NCBI GenBank assembly: GCA_963748625.1 | Contig: CAVVJT010000007.1 | Coordinates: 1,248,001 to 1,312,000, forward strand | Origin: an uncultured Chloroflexia bacterium | GTDB taxonomy: Bacteria > Chloroflexota > Limnocylindria > Limnocylindrales > CSP1-4 | Reading direction: 5' to 3' | Length of the DNA stretch: 64,000 nt | In this document: positions 9,511 through 20,059 of the stretch, piece after piece | How the letters are laid out: each line of letters starts with the position of its first letter | How positions within the stretch are numbered: position 1 is the first letter of the stretch | Made by a program: the position numbers and the translations under genes | Notes under the pieces: model-generated | Told to the model about the DNA's origin: nothing | What the model saw: the letters and a program-made list of their open reading frames with translations, nothing else | The model's database searches: none

Positions 9511-10251
9511 TCATCGTTTCGGTCTCGCGAGGTGCCCGATGCCGACGGCCCGTGCGGCGGCCACGGCGGCCGCGACGCCATTGGTCCAGGGGCTCCCATG
9601 CCCGGGCAGCAGCCAGTGCGCCTCGAAATGCTCGACGTTCGCGAGTGATGCCAGCGCATCGTCGGGGTCGGCGGCGAACGGACAGACCTGCGGACCGCGT
9701 CGCCCATTGATCAACGCGTCCGTCGCCAGCGCATCGCCCACGAAGAGGGCGTCATGCCCCGGCGCGTGGAAGGTGACGCTGCCTGGCGTGTGACCCGGCG
9801 TGGGGATGACACGAAGCGCACCCGGCACGTCCAGCGTGGCGCCCGGGTCGAAGGTGCCGACCGTCGTCAGCGCCTTGGTGCGCATCCCGCCGTGGCGCAT
9901 GAGCCACAGCATGTAGCGCAGCAGGGAACCGACCCGGTACTCGCCCATGCCGGCGCTTGGGTTCCTGGCCTCGCCGCGCGCGAGGGCAGCGTCGACCTGG
10001 TGGATGCTGACGGGCACCGCGTGCTCGGCGCGCAGTCGCTCGGCGAACCCGCGGTGGTCGTCGTGGCCGTGGGTCAGCACGAGCGCCTGGACGTCGTCGA
10101 TCGTGCGGCCCATGGCCGCCAGCTCGGCCGTCAGGTCCGCGTAGTAGGCGGGCACGCCCGCGTCGATGATGGTGACGGCCCCGGCCTCCTCCACGAGGTA
10201 GCAGCCGACGGTCTCCTCACCGAGCCGATGCAGCGATGGGGCGAGACGCAT
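9511..10251 (-). CDS. MBL-fold metallo-hydrolase
   Basis: THGHDDH, TPGHTPGS, LFVGD, LLPGHG. Confidence 0.92.
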   Translation of the reverse strand: MRLAPSLHRLGEETVGCYLVEEAGAVTIIDAGVPAYYADLTAELAAMGRTIDDVQALVLTHGHDDHRGFAERLRAEHAVPVSIHQVDAALARGEARNPSAGMGEYRVGSLLRYMLWLMRHGGMRTKALTTVGTFDPGATLDVPGALRVIPTPGHTPGSVTFHAPGHDALFVGDALATDALINGRRGPQVCPFAADPDDALASLANVEHFEAHWLLPGHGSPWTNGVAAAVAAARAVGIGHLARPKR

Positions 10252-10257
10252 GGGTCC

Positions 10258-10941
10258 TCACCCCGCCCCCACGCCCGCGAGCACGGGTGTCGCGGCGACC
10301 GGCTCCTCCACCGGCGCTGTCCGCACCGCGCCACGAACGAACTGGAGGCCCAGCCGGGTCGGCATGTCGACGACGGAGACGTCGGTGAAGCCCGCCTCTT
10401 CCATCATCCGCCGCATCGCATCCACGCTCCACTGCCACTGGCCGAATGCATCGACCTTGCCCGACCGGCCCCACTTGTCGACCTGCTTGTCGATGGTGAT
10501 CACCAGCCGACCGCCGGGCCGCAGCACCCGCCGCATCTCCCGTAGCGCCTTGGCGGGATCCGGGACGAACTTCAGGCAGTTGAGTGATGACGCGACGCTG
10601 AAGCGGCCGTCCTCCCACGGCAGCGTCATGGCATTGCCCAGGACGATCTCGGCCGTCCCTGCTGCAATGCGGTCGGCCAGCCGCTTCCGGGCCATCCCGA
10701 CCTGGATCTCCGACGCATCCAGGCCGGCGACGTGGCGGACGTGCGCCGCCTGATCCGCGAGCAGCCTCGCGGACCCGCACCCGATATCGAGAAGATCGTC
10801 GTCGGGCTGGAGGCGGAGCTCGGCCGCAAGCATCGGATAGAGCGGCCCGACCATCTTCGGCATCAGTCGCGCACCGGCCGATCCGAGTGGACCGTGTGGC
10901 ACCCCGAAGAACGGGAGCCAGAACGACCTGCGCAGGCCCAT
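10258..10941 (-). CDS. Class I SAM-dependent methyltransferase
   Basis: LLDIGCGS, GNAMTLPWEDGRFS, ALREMRRVLRPGG. Confidence 0.9.
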   Translation of the reverse strand: MGLRRSFWLPFFGVPHGPLGSAGARLMPKMVGPLYPMLAAELRLQPDDDLLDIGCGSARLLADQAAHVRHVAGLDASEIQVGMARKRLADRIAAGTAEIVLGNAMTLPWEDGRFSVASSLNCLKFVPDPAKALREMRRVLRPGGRLVITIDKQVDKWGRSGKVDAFGQWQWSVDAMRRMMEEAGFTDVSVVDMPTRLGLQFVRGAVRTAPVEEPVAATPVLAGVGAG

Positions 10942-11259
10942 CGCGCTGCCCTCCATGCGCGAGCGGGTCGGTCTCGCCAGTTGCTCGGCGCGGTCCCGGC
11001 GGCCGGAGCATGGGCCGCGCGTCAGAGCATCCCGCGTGTGCAGCCGCACGCTCGCAGAGCCAGGACGTGATGCCTAGAGGCTTTCGACCTGATCCCCGCC
11101 CGACCCTGCCCGTCCGCCCAGCCCGGACCCACGTTCAAGCGACCTCCACCCCGCCGTGAGGGCAACGTCCGATGGCGGAGGTGAATGGATTGGGCGACGT
11201 CACACAACCGGTGTGTGTTGTGATGCTCGACGGCATCTACTTCAACGACCGGCCGGTTG

Positions 11260-12030
11260 CTACGAGCGCGAGGCCTCCGAGGACTGCGCCAGCCAGCGGA
11301 TCGCCTGACTCCAGAAGGCTGCGTAGTGGTCCCACTTCACGAAGTCGGTCCCCCAGTGGGGGGCGAGGTCGCTCGTGAAGGCCATAGCGCGCCCTTCGCC
11401 GACGTTCCACACGGCAACAAGGGGATCGCCGTCGCCGATGACGGCCAGGACATCACTGCCCTCCTTGGCGACGACGCGCTGGTAACCCAGAAACTGCGGC
11501 CACTCGGCCGGGATCCCCGAGAGCACCTCGTGGTCGCCCTTGATGACGCGCACGGGCGCCCCCTGCGTGGTCTCGACGCGGTCGTCGAACGGCGAGATCT
11601 CGACCGGGAGGATGGCCTCGATGGCGCTGCCGTGGTAGCTCGCCTTGGCCTGGTACCCCTGGAAGCTGAGCCAGCCGCCGGCCATCGCGAGCGCGCCTCC
11701 CTGGCGCACATAGTCGGCGATCACCTGCACCCGGTCCGGGCCCATGGGCACGACAAACATGTTCGGGTACATGGTCAGGTTGTTGCGGCCGCAGTCGCTG
11801 ATGATGACCACGTCGTACTGCCGGAGCTCCTCCACCGTGGTGGGGAACGTGGTGGCCACAAGGTGGTTCGGGATGTGGGTGATCTGGACGTCTGGATCCT
11901 CGCGCATTGCGTCGCGGAAGAAGACTGAGAAGTCCTCATACCCGCCGAGCTCGACGACGTCGAACCCCTTGGTGTGGATGCGCGTCACCGTCCAGGTCTC
12001 GCCCGCCAACAGCACTCGCCGCGTTGCCAT
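11260..12030 (-). CDS. Glutamine amidotransferase-like protein (DUF1355/GATase1-like)
   Basis: VLLAGETW..HTKGFD, YDVVIISDCG, MAGGWLSFQG, FTSDLAPHW. Confidence 0.85.
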   Translation of the reverse strand: MATRRVLLAGETWTVTRIHTKGFDVVELGGYEDFSVFFRDAMREDPDVQITHIPNHLVATTFPTTVEELRQYDVVIISDCGRNNLTMYPNMFVVPMGPDRVQVIADYVRQGGALAMAGGWLSFQGYQAKASYHGSAIEAILPVEISPFDDRVETTQGAPVRVIKGDHEVLSGIPAEWPQFLGYQRVVAKEGSDVLAVIGDGDPLVAVWNVGEGRAMAFTSDLAPHWGTDFVKWDHYAAFWSQAIRWLAQSSEASRS

Positions 12031-12140
12031 TTCGACTCCTGTCTTCGTCGCTGCACGGGAACGCGAGGCGTGCGACGGTTGCCTGCGTTGGTCGACTCCG
12101 ACAACCGGTGCGCCGGCACGGTGGGAGCCATCGCGTAATA

Positions 12141-12162
12141 TACTTGCGCAGCAAGCAAAATA
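12141..12162. promoter_or_regulatory. AT-rich palindromic operator between the divergent GATase-like and ROK genes
   Basis: CTTGC-GCA-GCAAG (12143-12155) inside an AT-rich patch. Confidence 0.45.
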
Positions 12163-12180
12163 CAAGAGGACCATCCAGCG

Positions 12181-13323
12181 ATGCGCTCCGCACGGGAACT
12201 CGAGCTGCTGCAGCTCGTCCACGCGCGCCCTGGCGTCACCCGCGCACAGGCCGCGACCGCGCTATCCGCCAGCAGCGGCACCATCACCGGATTGGTCCGC
12301 AACCTGAGCGAGGCGCGGCTACTGGATGATGAGCCGGGAGACCATTCGGGTATGCGCGGGCGGCCGACTCGGAAGCTCGTGCCGCATGCCGACGGCCCGC
12401 TCGTGCTTGTCGGCGTCGTGTCGCACGAGTCGTGGACGCTGAGCGTCAACCAGTTGGGCGGGGCGGTGATCGCAACGGAAAGCCACAAGCACGGCGTCGT
12501 GGACGGGGCTCGCCTCGTGCGGGAGCTGGGCGCAGCGGCCAGAGCCCTGGCCGCCAGGTACCCTGGCCGAGTTCGGGGCACCGGGCTTGCGCTCCCGGGC
12601 GTCGTGCGTGGGAGCGTGCTGGTCGACGCGCCGCTCCTCAGCTTGCGCTCGCTGGACCTCAGCCCGGTCGCGCCGCGGGAGTCCTCGGGATCGGGGCCCA
12701 ACCACGTCTTCGTCGTAGGCAACGACGCGACACTCGCCGCGCTTGGCGAAGCCGTACGAGGGGCCGCTACGTCTGCTGAGCTGCACCTGCACCTGTATCT
12801 CGACGCCGGCCTGGGAGGAGCGCTCACCCACCGCGGTGTCGTGGTCCCCGGGGCTCGCGGTTTGGGGGGCGAGTTCGGACATATGCCCTTCGGCGAGCCG
12901 ACTGCGGCGTGCCCGTGCGGGGCCGTGGGCTGCTGGACGACCACAGTCGGAGCGCTGCCGCTGGCCCGGGCGCTCAGCGAACCGCTCCCAGCCGACGCCG
13001 TCAGCTACGCCCGCCGGGTCGTCGAGCGCGCTCGCCAGGGCGATGGAGTGGCGCATGAGGCCCTGACCCGGGTCGCCGCGAGTCTCGGGCGAGGAATTGC
13101 CGGCCTCGTCAACGGCCTCGACATCGACTTCATCACGCTCGGGGGATGGGCGGCCGACATCGCCCAGCTCACGCCCGACGCCATCGGCGACGCGTACGTC
13201 GGCGGGCTGATGCGGTTCCGCAGGGCAGATCCGCCGCCGATCGTCGCCGGCATGCTTGGCAGCGATGCTCCGAGCGAGGGTGCCGCGGAGCAGGTCTGGG
13301 CCGAGCTCTGGGCGCTTCTGTAG
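12181..13323 (+). CDS. ROK family transcriptional regulator
   Basis: N-terminal HTH, GRPT, NDATLAALGE, GEFGHM..CPCGAVGC. Confidence 0.92.
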   Translation: MRSARELELLQLVHARPGVTRAQAATALSASSGTITGLVRNLSEARLLDDEPGDHSGMRGRPTRKLVPHADGPLVLVGVVSHESWTLSVNQLGGAVIATESHKHGVVDGARLVRELGAAARALAARYPGRVRGTGLALPGVVRGSVLVDAPLLSLRSLDLSPVAPRESSGSGPNHVFVVGNDATLAALGEAVRGAATSAELHLHLYLDAGLGGALTHRGVVVPGARGLGGEFGHMPFGEPTAACPCGAVGCWTTTVGALPLARALSEPLPADAVSYARRVVERARQGDGVAHEALTRVAASLGRGIAGLVNGLDIDFITLGGWAADIAQLTPDAIGDAYVGGLMRFRRADPPPIVAGMLGSDAPSEGAAEQVWAELWALL

Positions 13324-13445
13324 GAGTGGCACGGCGTCGGTCAACTCAGGTGGAGCAGCTCACGCATGCCGCTGACTATCGCATGCGCGTCCCGAACGCC
13401 ATCGGCCCGGCTCACGAACCTGGGAGGAGTCGACGACCGATGTCT

Positions 13446-15173
13446 TCATCGGCTCCCGACGCGGTCGGCAGTCCGTGTCGGCGCGGAGACGCCCCGCGCG
13501 GGAGCAGCTGGGCCGGTCGATGTGCGAAGCGCGGTCTCGTGCATCGCCGCCGCGGCGAACGCCGCGATGATCGCAGCCGCCACGCCGATCCAGAATGTCT
13601 GCGCGACGGCCAGGCTGAACGCCTCCTCGATCCCCGTCACGACGCCGTTGACGTACGGTGCGATGGTCGCCTGCGCAGGCGCCGGCAGGGCTGCCATGAT
13701 CGCCGCCCCGAGATTTCCGACGCCGGTCAGGTTGTTGAAGTCGAGCTGGCCGGCAGCTGTCGCCCGTCCGATGCCGGCCACAACCGCCTGGGGTACGCGG
13801 GCATCGCCGATCTGCGGCCCCAACTGGTCGAGGAACGTCGTCCCAAAGACTGTCCCTGCGACGGCCAGCGCGACGGAGGCGCCGATCTGGCGGAAGAAGG
13901 TGAGGTTGGCCGTGGCGACCCCGAGGAGATGGAACGGCACGGCATTCTGGACGACGATCGTGAACACGGCGAACGACGGCCCGACGCCAAGGCCGGCCAG
14001 CAGCATCCACATGGAGAGGACAAGGAGCGGCGTGCTGGCCGTGAGTTGCGTCATCAGGGCGGTTGCGACACCCATGACCAGGAGGGAGCTCACGAGCAGC
14101 CACCGGTACCGGCCGGTCCGCGACACGAGGTATCCGGAGGCGATCGAACTCGAGATGAGCCCAACCATGAGGGGCAGCAGCGCCAGACCGGAGTAGGTCG
14201 GCGAGAAGCCGTGGACGAACTGGAACCATCGGGGCAGGAACACGATGGCCCCGAAGAAGGCGAAGCTCCCGAAGAAGGCCGCCACCATTGAGCTCGAGTA
14301 CGTCCGAATTCGGAACAGGCTGAGCGGAACGATCGGTTCGCTCGCCCGGGCCTCCACGAGGATGAACAGGACGAGGCCGCCGATGCTGGCCAGGATCAGA
14401 CCGCCGACGGATGGGTCACTCCAGGTGTTGAGCTGGTGCGTCGTCGCGTCCGGCAGGCCCTTGTTGGTGAGGCCCAGCAGGAGCAGCGTGATTGCCACCG
14501 TGAACATGGCGCCGCCGAGGATGTCGAGGTTCCTGGTCGCGCGAGGCGTCCTGACCGTGGGCAGCAGCCGGGATATGACGTACAGCGCGACGAGGCCGAT
14601 CGGGACGTTCACGAAGAAGATCCAGTGCCAGCTGACATTCTCGGTCAGGAAGCCTCCGATCAGCGGTCCGACGATGAACGCGATGCCGAAGACGGCACCG
14701 AACAGCCCCTGGTACTTGCCCCGCTCCTGCGGACTGAACAAGTCGCCGATGATCGCGAGGGCGACCGGGAACAAGGACCCGGCACCGATGCCCTGGATGC
14801 CCCGGAAGAGGATGAGCATCCCCATGGTCTGGCTCAGGCCCGATAGCGCCGAGCCGATCAGGAAGATGACGATCCCGATCATGAAGACCGGCTTTCGACC
14901 GTGGATGTCGGACAGCTTGCCCCAGAACGGGATGCTGATGGTGCTCGTCAGCAGATAGGCCGTGACGACCCAGACGTAGTACTCGCTGCCACCCAGCTGG
15001 GTCGCGATGGTCGGAAGTGCCGGGCCGACGATCGTCTGGTCGAGCGCTCCCAGGAAGAGGCCGAGCATGACCGCGAAGAGGATCTGCATCTTCGCGCGCT
15101 GGCTGAGCTCGAGGGCCGGGTCCTCGAGCTCAGCCAGGCCCCGCCCGCCCGAACCGGGGGAGTATCCATCCAT
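13446..15173 (-). CDS. DHA2 (EmrB/QacA-type) MFS efflux transporter
   Basis: [49 protein letters not shown]. Confidence 0.93.
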   Translation of the reverse strand: MDGYSPGSGGRGLAELEDPALELSQRAKMQILFAVMLGLFLGALDQTIVGPALPTIATQLGGSEYYVWVVTAYLLTSTISIPFWGKLSDIHGRKPVFMIGIVIFLIGSALSGLSQTMGMLILFRGIQGIGAGSLFPVALAIIGDLFSPQERGKYQGLFGAVFGIAFIVGPLIGGFLTENVSWHWIFFVNVPIGLVALYVISRLLPTVRTPRATRNLDILGGAMFTVAITLLLLGLTNKGLPDATTHQLNTWSDPSVGGLILASIGGLVLFILVEARASEPIVPLSLFRIRTYSSSMVAAFFGSFAFFGAIVFLPRWFQFVHGFSPTYSGLALLPLMVGLISSSIASGYLVSRTGRYRWLLVSSLLVMGVATALMTQLTASTPLLVLSMWMLLAGLGVGPSFAVFTIVVQNAVPFHLLGVATANLTFFRQIGASVALAVAGTVFGTTFLDQLGPQIGDARVPQAVVAGIGRATAAGQLDFNNLTGVGNLGAAIMAALPAPAQATIAPYVNGVVTGIEEAFSLAVAQTFWIGVAAAIIAAFAAAAMHETALRTSTGPAAPARGVSAPTRTADRVGSR

Positions 15174-15242
15174 GCCTTGGCCTTCCGCTGGGTCACGAGG
15201 GGCGCGCTGCCCTGGTTCGGGCGTCGCATGCTCGTGTGCCAG

Positions 15243-15332
15243 ACGCTAGGGGGCGGGGATCCACCCGAGAAGTCACGGTCGTCGCGATCGCCCAATGACG
15301 ATCCTCGGGTCGTCGGTCGTGACCGATGTCAC
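15243..15332 (-). promoter_or_regulatory. DesR-type activated promoter (copy 1) of the MFS gene
   Basis: Minus strand: GTGACATCGGTCA..TCATT-N10-GACGaccGTGACT-N22-TAGCGT. Confidence 0.75.
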
Positions 15333-15371
15333 GACGCGGGACGCCGGTCCTCAGGCCGTATCCAGGTGCCC

Positions 15372-15437
15372 TGACATCCGTCATGGGGAGTTCCCGACGT
15401 GTGTGACTTTCTGCGGGCCGCGAAGCGCGGCTACGGT
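15372..15437 (+). promoter_or_regulatory. DesR-type activated promoter (copy 2) facing the sensor kinase
   Basis: TGACATCCGTCATG-N10-GACGtgtGTGACT-N23-TACGGT. Confidence 0.7.
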
Positions 15438-15833
15438 GTCTGGGCCACTCCGTCGGGGCGGCATGCATCCAGTGCGATCGAGACTTTCATTGCTACGCTC
15501 GTGCACGAAGTCGTCGCCAGCGTCGACAGGCAGTTCGTTGTCCTGGTCGTGGCTCGGCGTCCCGCGTGGACTGCGCCGACGCCGCTGCCGTTCCGATCCG
15601 CAGACGTCCTGGGCCGTGTCCATCAGGATCGACGCTGGGATGGAAGAGTCCCTCCCGGCTGTCGCGCGTACGATAGGCGCACCACCGCCCTCGTTCTTGG
15701 TCGACGTCCATGACCACCAGGCGAACGCAGCACGGCATCCAACCTCGGGCAATCGCGAGTCCACCGCGTTCGTCGCGTTCAGGTCGATCTGGTTGTCGAT
15801 CCGAGATGGCGGAAGACCCCGAACGTCGCTGAC

Positions 15834-17156
15834 ATGCGACGGATCTCGCGCAGATCCCAGTCGAGGGACGCAGTGGCCCTGCGGGACGAGGGGCTCCTCC
15901 GAGCTCCGAGTCGGCCAGATCCGATCCCGGGCTGGCTCGCGCTCGGTGTCGGGGTCGGGCTGGTGGCCTTCATGATCCGGCCCGCCCTGGCGCTCGCCCA
16001 GGAACCGACGACGGGCCCATACGAGTACGTCGCAGTGGGCAGCCTCGTCGCGTTCATCGGCGTCTACTTCTGGGCCGGCCCCATCGCCTTCGTGCGCCGG
16101 GCCGGGGGGCGGCCGAGCCTCGCGGCGGCGGTCCTCGGATCCCTGGCCTTCGCGGTTGCGCTCATCGGGCGCGACGCGAACTGGACCATCCTGTTCGTCG
16201 CCGTCGCGGTGGTTGCCGGCGCGATCATTCCGTGGCAGCGCGCCATCGCGGCGATCGTGCTGACCACCGTGCTGGCCACGCTGGCACGGGTCGTCGCAAC
16301 GGGGGCCCCGGTCGGCATCGTCGAATCGGCCTTCGCCGTGGTCATCTCGGGGCTTGTCGTGGTCAGCTTCGGTCGGCTTGACCGGACGGCCCGCGAACTG
16401 ACCCTGGCCCAAGCCGAGGTCGCGCGTCTCGCGGCCGCCGACGAGCGGGCACGGATCGCCCGCGACGTTCATGACCTGATCGGTCACAGCCTGTCGGTCA
16501 TCGCGCTCAAGTCCGAGCTAGCACGCCGGCTCGTCGAGGTCCGTCCCGACCGGGCGGCGGCCGAGCTGCAGGACATCGAGAGCGTCGCACGTGGCTCGCT
16601 GCGTGACATCCGGGAGACCGTGGCCGGGTACCGACTCATCACGCTGGAAACTGAGCTTGCCGGCGCCCGGATGGCGCTCTCCGCAGCCGGGATCGTGATG
16701 GAGGTGCACCAGACGACCGACGTGCATGACCCGGCAACCGAGGCATTGCTTGGGTGGGTGGTACGCGAAGGCATCACCAACGTCATCCGTCACAGTAACG
16801 GCGTGCATTGCACGATCCGGATCAAGGCCGTGGCCGGTCAAGTGCGACTCGAGATCATCGACGACGGTCGGGGCCACGACCGACATGGGTCGGGGCTGGC
16901 GGGACGGCCGGGAAGCGGGTTGTCCGGGCTCCAGGAACGCCTCCGGGCGGCCGGCGGACGTCTGGAGGCAGGGCCGGTCCCGGGCAGAGGCTACCGACTG
17001 GAGGCTGTCATACCCGACCGGGCCGGCCCGCGTGCCCCGTCGCCGACCGCCGACGAGCGTGACACGACGGAGGCAGGTGGAGACGAGGATCGAGACGTCC
17101 AGCGGCCAGGTCAGGCTTCCGCGGCGTCCGGGTTCTCCAGGGGAGGTCGAGCGTGA
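15834..17156 (+). CDS. DesK-like membrane sensor histidine kinase (HisKA_3); start uncertain
   Basis: About 5 TM helices; ERARIARDVHDLIGHSLSVIALKSELA; REGITNVIRHS; DDGRG; GSGLSGLQERL. Confidence 0.93.
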   Translation: MRRISRRSQSRDAVALRDEGLLRAPSRPDPIPGWLALGVGVGLVAFMIRPALALAQEPTTGPYEYVAVGSLVAFIGVYFWAGPIAFVRRAGGRPSLAAAVLGSLAFAVALIGRDANWTILFVAVAVVAGAIIPWQRAIAAIVLTTVLATLARVVATGAPVGIVESAFAVVISGLVVVSFGRLDRTARELTLAQAEVARLAAADERARIARDVHDLIGHSLSVIALKSELARRLVEVRPDRAAAELQDIESVARGSLRDIRETVAGYRLITLETELAGARMALSAAGIVMEVHQTTDVHDPATEALLGWVVREGITNVIRHSNGVHCTIRIKAVAGQVRLEIIDDGRGHDRHGSGLAGRPGSGLSGLQERLRAAGGRLEAGPVPGRGYRLEAVIPDRAGPRAPSPTADERDTTEAGGDEDRDVQRPGQASAASGFSRGGRA

Positions 17157-17779
17157 TCCGTGTCCTGCTGGCCGAGGACCAATCGCTGGTCCGCGGTGCG
17201 CTCACCGCGCTGCTTACCCTCGAAGGCGACATCGAGGTGGTCGCCGAGGTCGCCCGGGGCGACGAGATCGTCGCGGCTGCGGAACGAGTCCGTCCGGACG
17301 TCGCCCTCTTGGACATCGAGCTGCCCGGCGCCGACGGCCTCTCGGTGGCAGCCGTATTGCGCGATCGTCTTCCCGACGTCCGGGTCATCATCCTCACGAC
17401 GTTCGGTCGGCCCGGTTACCTGCGACGGGCGATGGAGGCGGGCGCGATCGGCTACGTCCTCAAGGACGCCCCCGCGAGCACGCTGGCGACCGCGATCAGG
17501 CGCGCGACCGAGGGCAAGCGGACCGTCGACCCGACCCTTGCCGTGACGGCGCTGAGCGAGGGAGGCAACCCGCTCACCGAGCGCGAGCGGGAGGTCCTCG
17601 ATGTGTCGCGCGAGGTCGCGACGATCGCCGAGATCGCAGACCGCCTGTTCCTGTCCGAGGGGACCGTGCGGAACCACCTGTCCGCGGCGATCCAGAAGGT
17701 CGAGGCACACAACCGGGCGGAAGCGGCGCGGATCGCCGAACAGAAGGGTTGGCTCGAACCTGCGCGAGAGGATCGATGA
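17153..17779 (+). CDS. DesR-like NarL-family response regulator
   Basis: MIRVLLAEDQSLVRGAL, LTTFGRPGYL, LFLSEGTVRNHLSAAIQK; GTGA overlap with the kinase. Confidence 0.93.
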   Translation: MIRVLLAEDQSLVRGALTALLTLEGDIEVVAEVARGDEIVAAAERVRPDVALLDIELPGADGLSVAAVLRDRLPDVRVIILTTFGRPGYLRRAMEAGAIGYVLKDAPASTLATAIRRATEGKRTVDPTLAVTALSEGGNPLTEREREVLDVSREVATIAEIADRLFLSEGTVRNHLSAAIQKVEAHNRAEAARIAEQKGWLEPAREDR

Positions 17780-18336
17780 CCGCCGCGGGGCGGCCTGGCG
17801 CCAGGCTGACACAGGGAGCGGTTCCGGGCTGGGATACGCGGTCCGGGGATGGCGCGAGTCGGCATCCGGTCAACCGCCTGCTCGTCGACGCGGCGCCGCT
17901 GCCCGAGCGGGTCGCCGACCGCGCCGTGGGGTTGCTCGGCAGCTGGCGGTTCATGGCCGTCCAGACGGTCATCGTCCTGATCTGGATCGTCGGGAATGCC
18001 TATCTCTGGTTCCACTTCGACCCGTACCCGTTCATTCTCCTGAACCTGGCGTTCTCGACCGAAGCCGCGTATGCCGCGCCTCTGATCCTTCTCGCCAGCA
18101 ACCGGGCAGCGGCGCGCGACCGGATGACGCTCGAGCACGCGGCCTCGGAGGCGGATATCGAGGACGCCCAGAACGAGCGACTGCTCGAGGGCAACGCTGC
18201 GATCCTGGCCCATGTCGAGGTCCTGGAGCATCGGATCCTCGATCTCGAACGCTCGATCCTCGAGGCCCTCGCGGATCGGCCCCGACGTCCGGTGACGCCA
18301 TCGTCGCCTGCTGATCCGGGGCAGCCCGGCGCGTGA
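17776..18336 (+). CDS. DUF1003 family membrane protein
   Basis: ERVADRAVGLLGSWRF..FDPYPFILLNLAFSTEAAYAAPLILLASNR. Confidence 0.88.
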   Translation: MTAAGRPGARLTQGAVPGWDTRSGDGASRHPVNRLLVDAAPLPERVADRAVGLLGSWRFMAVQTVIVLIWIVGNAYLWFHFDPYPFILLNLAFSTEAAYAAPLILLASNRAAARDRMTLEHAASEADIEDAQNERLLEGNAAILAHVEVLEHRILDLERSILEALADRPRRPVTPSSPADPGQPGA

Positions 18337-18422
18337 CATCGGTCATGTCCGCGACCCATGGAGATGTCACCAGGGCATTGCGACGGCCGTGACTTCTTCC
18401 GGTGCCGGAGCGTAGGTAGGCT
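18333..18422 (+). promoter_or_regulatory. DesR-type activated promoter (copy 3)
   Basis: GTGACATCGGTCA..GTCACC-N10-GACGgccGTGACT-N22-TAGGCT. Confidence 0.75.
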
Positions 18423-18474
18423 CCTATCGATGTGGAGGCAGCCAACGTCCCGGCCCCAGGGTGACGTGAACAAG

Positions 18475-18624
18475 ATGGAAGTCGACCTGGGATTGCTGGT
18501 CCTGCGCGCCACCATCGGCCTGCTGTTCGCCGGTCATGGCCTGTCCATTCTTGGCGCCGTCGCTGCGACCTGGTTGCCGGGTCCTGCGCCGAGGCGACAA
18601 GCGACCGCAGCCCGATCCGCGTGA
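18475..18624 (+). pseudogene. Truncated DoxX-family gene
   Basis: MEVDLGLLVLRATIGLLFAGHG is the DoxX N-terminus; only about 49 aa remain. Confidence 0.65.
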
Positions 18625-19490
18625 TCGCCATCGGGCTGCCGCCCCTGCTGGCCCCAACCGCCGAGCTCGGAATCTTCGTGGTCAGCATCGTTGCGGGCCT
18701 GATCGGAGCGCTGGCCGGTGTTGGCGGCGGGATCATCGTCGTGCCGGCACTGACGATCTTGTTCGGGGTCGACGTTCGGCTCGCGATCGGTGCGAGCATC
18801 GTCAGCGTCATCGCGACGAGCTCGGGTGCGGCAGCGGCCTATGTCCGGGACCGGATGACAGACATGCATATCGGTATGTTCCTCGAGCTGGCAACGACGA
18901 GCGGCGCGATCGCCGGAGCGCTGCTCGCGGCCGTGGTCGCGCCATCGCTGCTGCTGGTCCTGCTGGGGATCGTCCTGCTCGGTTCGGCTGGCCAACAGGC
19001 TCTCCGCCTCGGTGAGGAGCTCGCCCCGGACGTCGCGCCGTCGGGCGCCGCCCTCCGTCTCCGGCTGTGGGGCAGCTACCCGGATGTGCAGCTCGAGCGC
19101 GAGGTCCACTACAGCGCCCAGCGCGTCCCCCTCGGGTTCGTCCTCATGGGCTTCGCAGGGCTCGTATCCGGCCTTCTCGGGATCGGCTCGGGGGCGCTCA
19201 AGGTCCTGGCCATGGACGGCGCGATGCGCCTGCCGATGAAGGTCAGCTCGGCGACGAGCAACTTCATGATCGGCGTGACGGCGGCGGCATCGGCCGGGAT
19301 CTACCTGGGTCGAGGGGACGTCGATCCGACGATCGCCGTTCCGGTCGCCCTCGGCGTCCTGGCCGGGGCCACGCTCGGAGCCCGACTCCTGCCGAGGCTG
19401 TCGAACCGGCGGGTTCGCCTCATCTTCCTCCCGGTCCTCGTCGTGATCGGCCTCGAGACGCTGGCTCGCGGCCTCGGAGTCGGGTTGTGA
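18621..19490 (+). CDS. Sulfite exporter TauE/SafE family protein
   Basis: GALAGVGGGIIVVPAL, AIGASIVSVIATSSG, SGLLGIGSG, SATSNFMIGVTAAAS. Confidence 0.92.
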   Translation: MIAIGLPPLLAPTAELGIFVVSIVAGLIGALAGVGGGIIVVPALTILFGVDVRLAIGASIVSVIATSSGAAAAYVRDRMTDMHIGMFLELATTSGAIAGALLAAVVAPSLLLVLLGIVLLGSAGQQALRLGEELAPDVAPSGAALRLRLWGSYPDVQLEREVHYSAQRVPLGFVLMGFAGLVSGLLGIGSGALKVLAMDGAMRLPMKVSSATSNFMIGVTAAASAGIYLGRGDVDPTIAVPVALGVLAGATLGARLLPRLSNRRVRLIFLPVLVVIGLETLARGLGVGL

Positions 19491-19846
19491 CACCGGATCG
19501 ATTCCGCGTGCTCGTCAGTGGGGTCCTCATCGTCGGGGTCGTCACGAGCGCGGTCCTCATGACGGTCGCCCTTGTCGCCTCCCTCGCCGTTGGCTGGGAC
19601 GGTTCGCTTCGCGGCCTGCCCGCCGCCACGTCGTCCGCGTCCGACTTCTCCGCCGTCGTGGCGGCCGTGCTGGAGCTGCGACCGATTGCGATCGCCCAGA
19701 TGGGGCTCCTGGTCCTGATCGCGACCCCGGTGGTGCGAGTCATGGCGTCGGTCGTCGCGTTTGTGCTGGAGCGTGACCGCCTGTATGCGGCAATCACCCT
19801 CGGCGTGCTCGCGATCCTGCTCGGGAGCCTGTTCTGGCTCCGGTAA
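19487..19846 (+). CDS. DUF1634 family membrane protein
   Basis: GLLVLIATPVVRV..ERDRLY; coupled to tauE, a familiar gene pair. Confidence 0.85.
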   Translation: MTPDRFRVLVSGVLIVGVVTSAVLMTVALVASLAVGWDGSLRGLPAATSSASDFSAVVAAVLELRPIAIAQMGLLVLIATPVVRVMASVVAFVLERDRLYAAITLGVLAILLGSLFWLR

Positions 19847-19898
19847 GCACCGATCGCGGCCGGCGCGGCATGGCTGGCGAGCATGGCGGACGGACCCC

Positions 19899-19987
19899 GT
19901 GACGCCTGTCACCGTCGTATCGAGACACCCCTCATGGCCGAATCCAGACGGCCGTGACTTCCGGGCGCATTTGCGCGGCCATACGGT
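19899..19987 (+). promoter_or_regulatory. DesR-type activated promoter (copy 4)
   Basis: GTGACGCCTGTCA..CTCATG-N10-GACGgccGTGACT-N22-TACGGT. Confidence 0.75.
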
Positions 19988-20059
19988 GATGGAGTCAGGC
20001 GCGGACCTTCCCCACCGTCGCGAGCGCCGTCCGCACCACCACCTCGAAGGATTCGTGTC

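Noticed and set aside
11172-11260. IS256-like remnant (VVMLDGIYF resembles the first DDE aspartate motif)
   Set aside because: Only about 10 residues of similarity and no convincing terminal repeat.
15440-15833. Coding gene between promoter copy 2 and the kinase
   Set aside because: No frame has convincing codon usage or motifs; may be decayed sequence.
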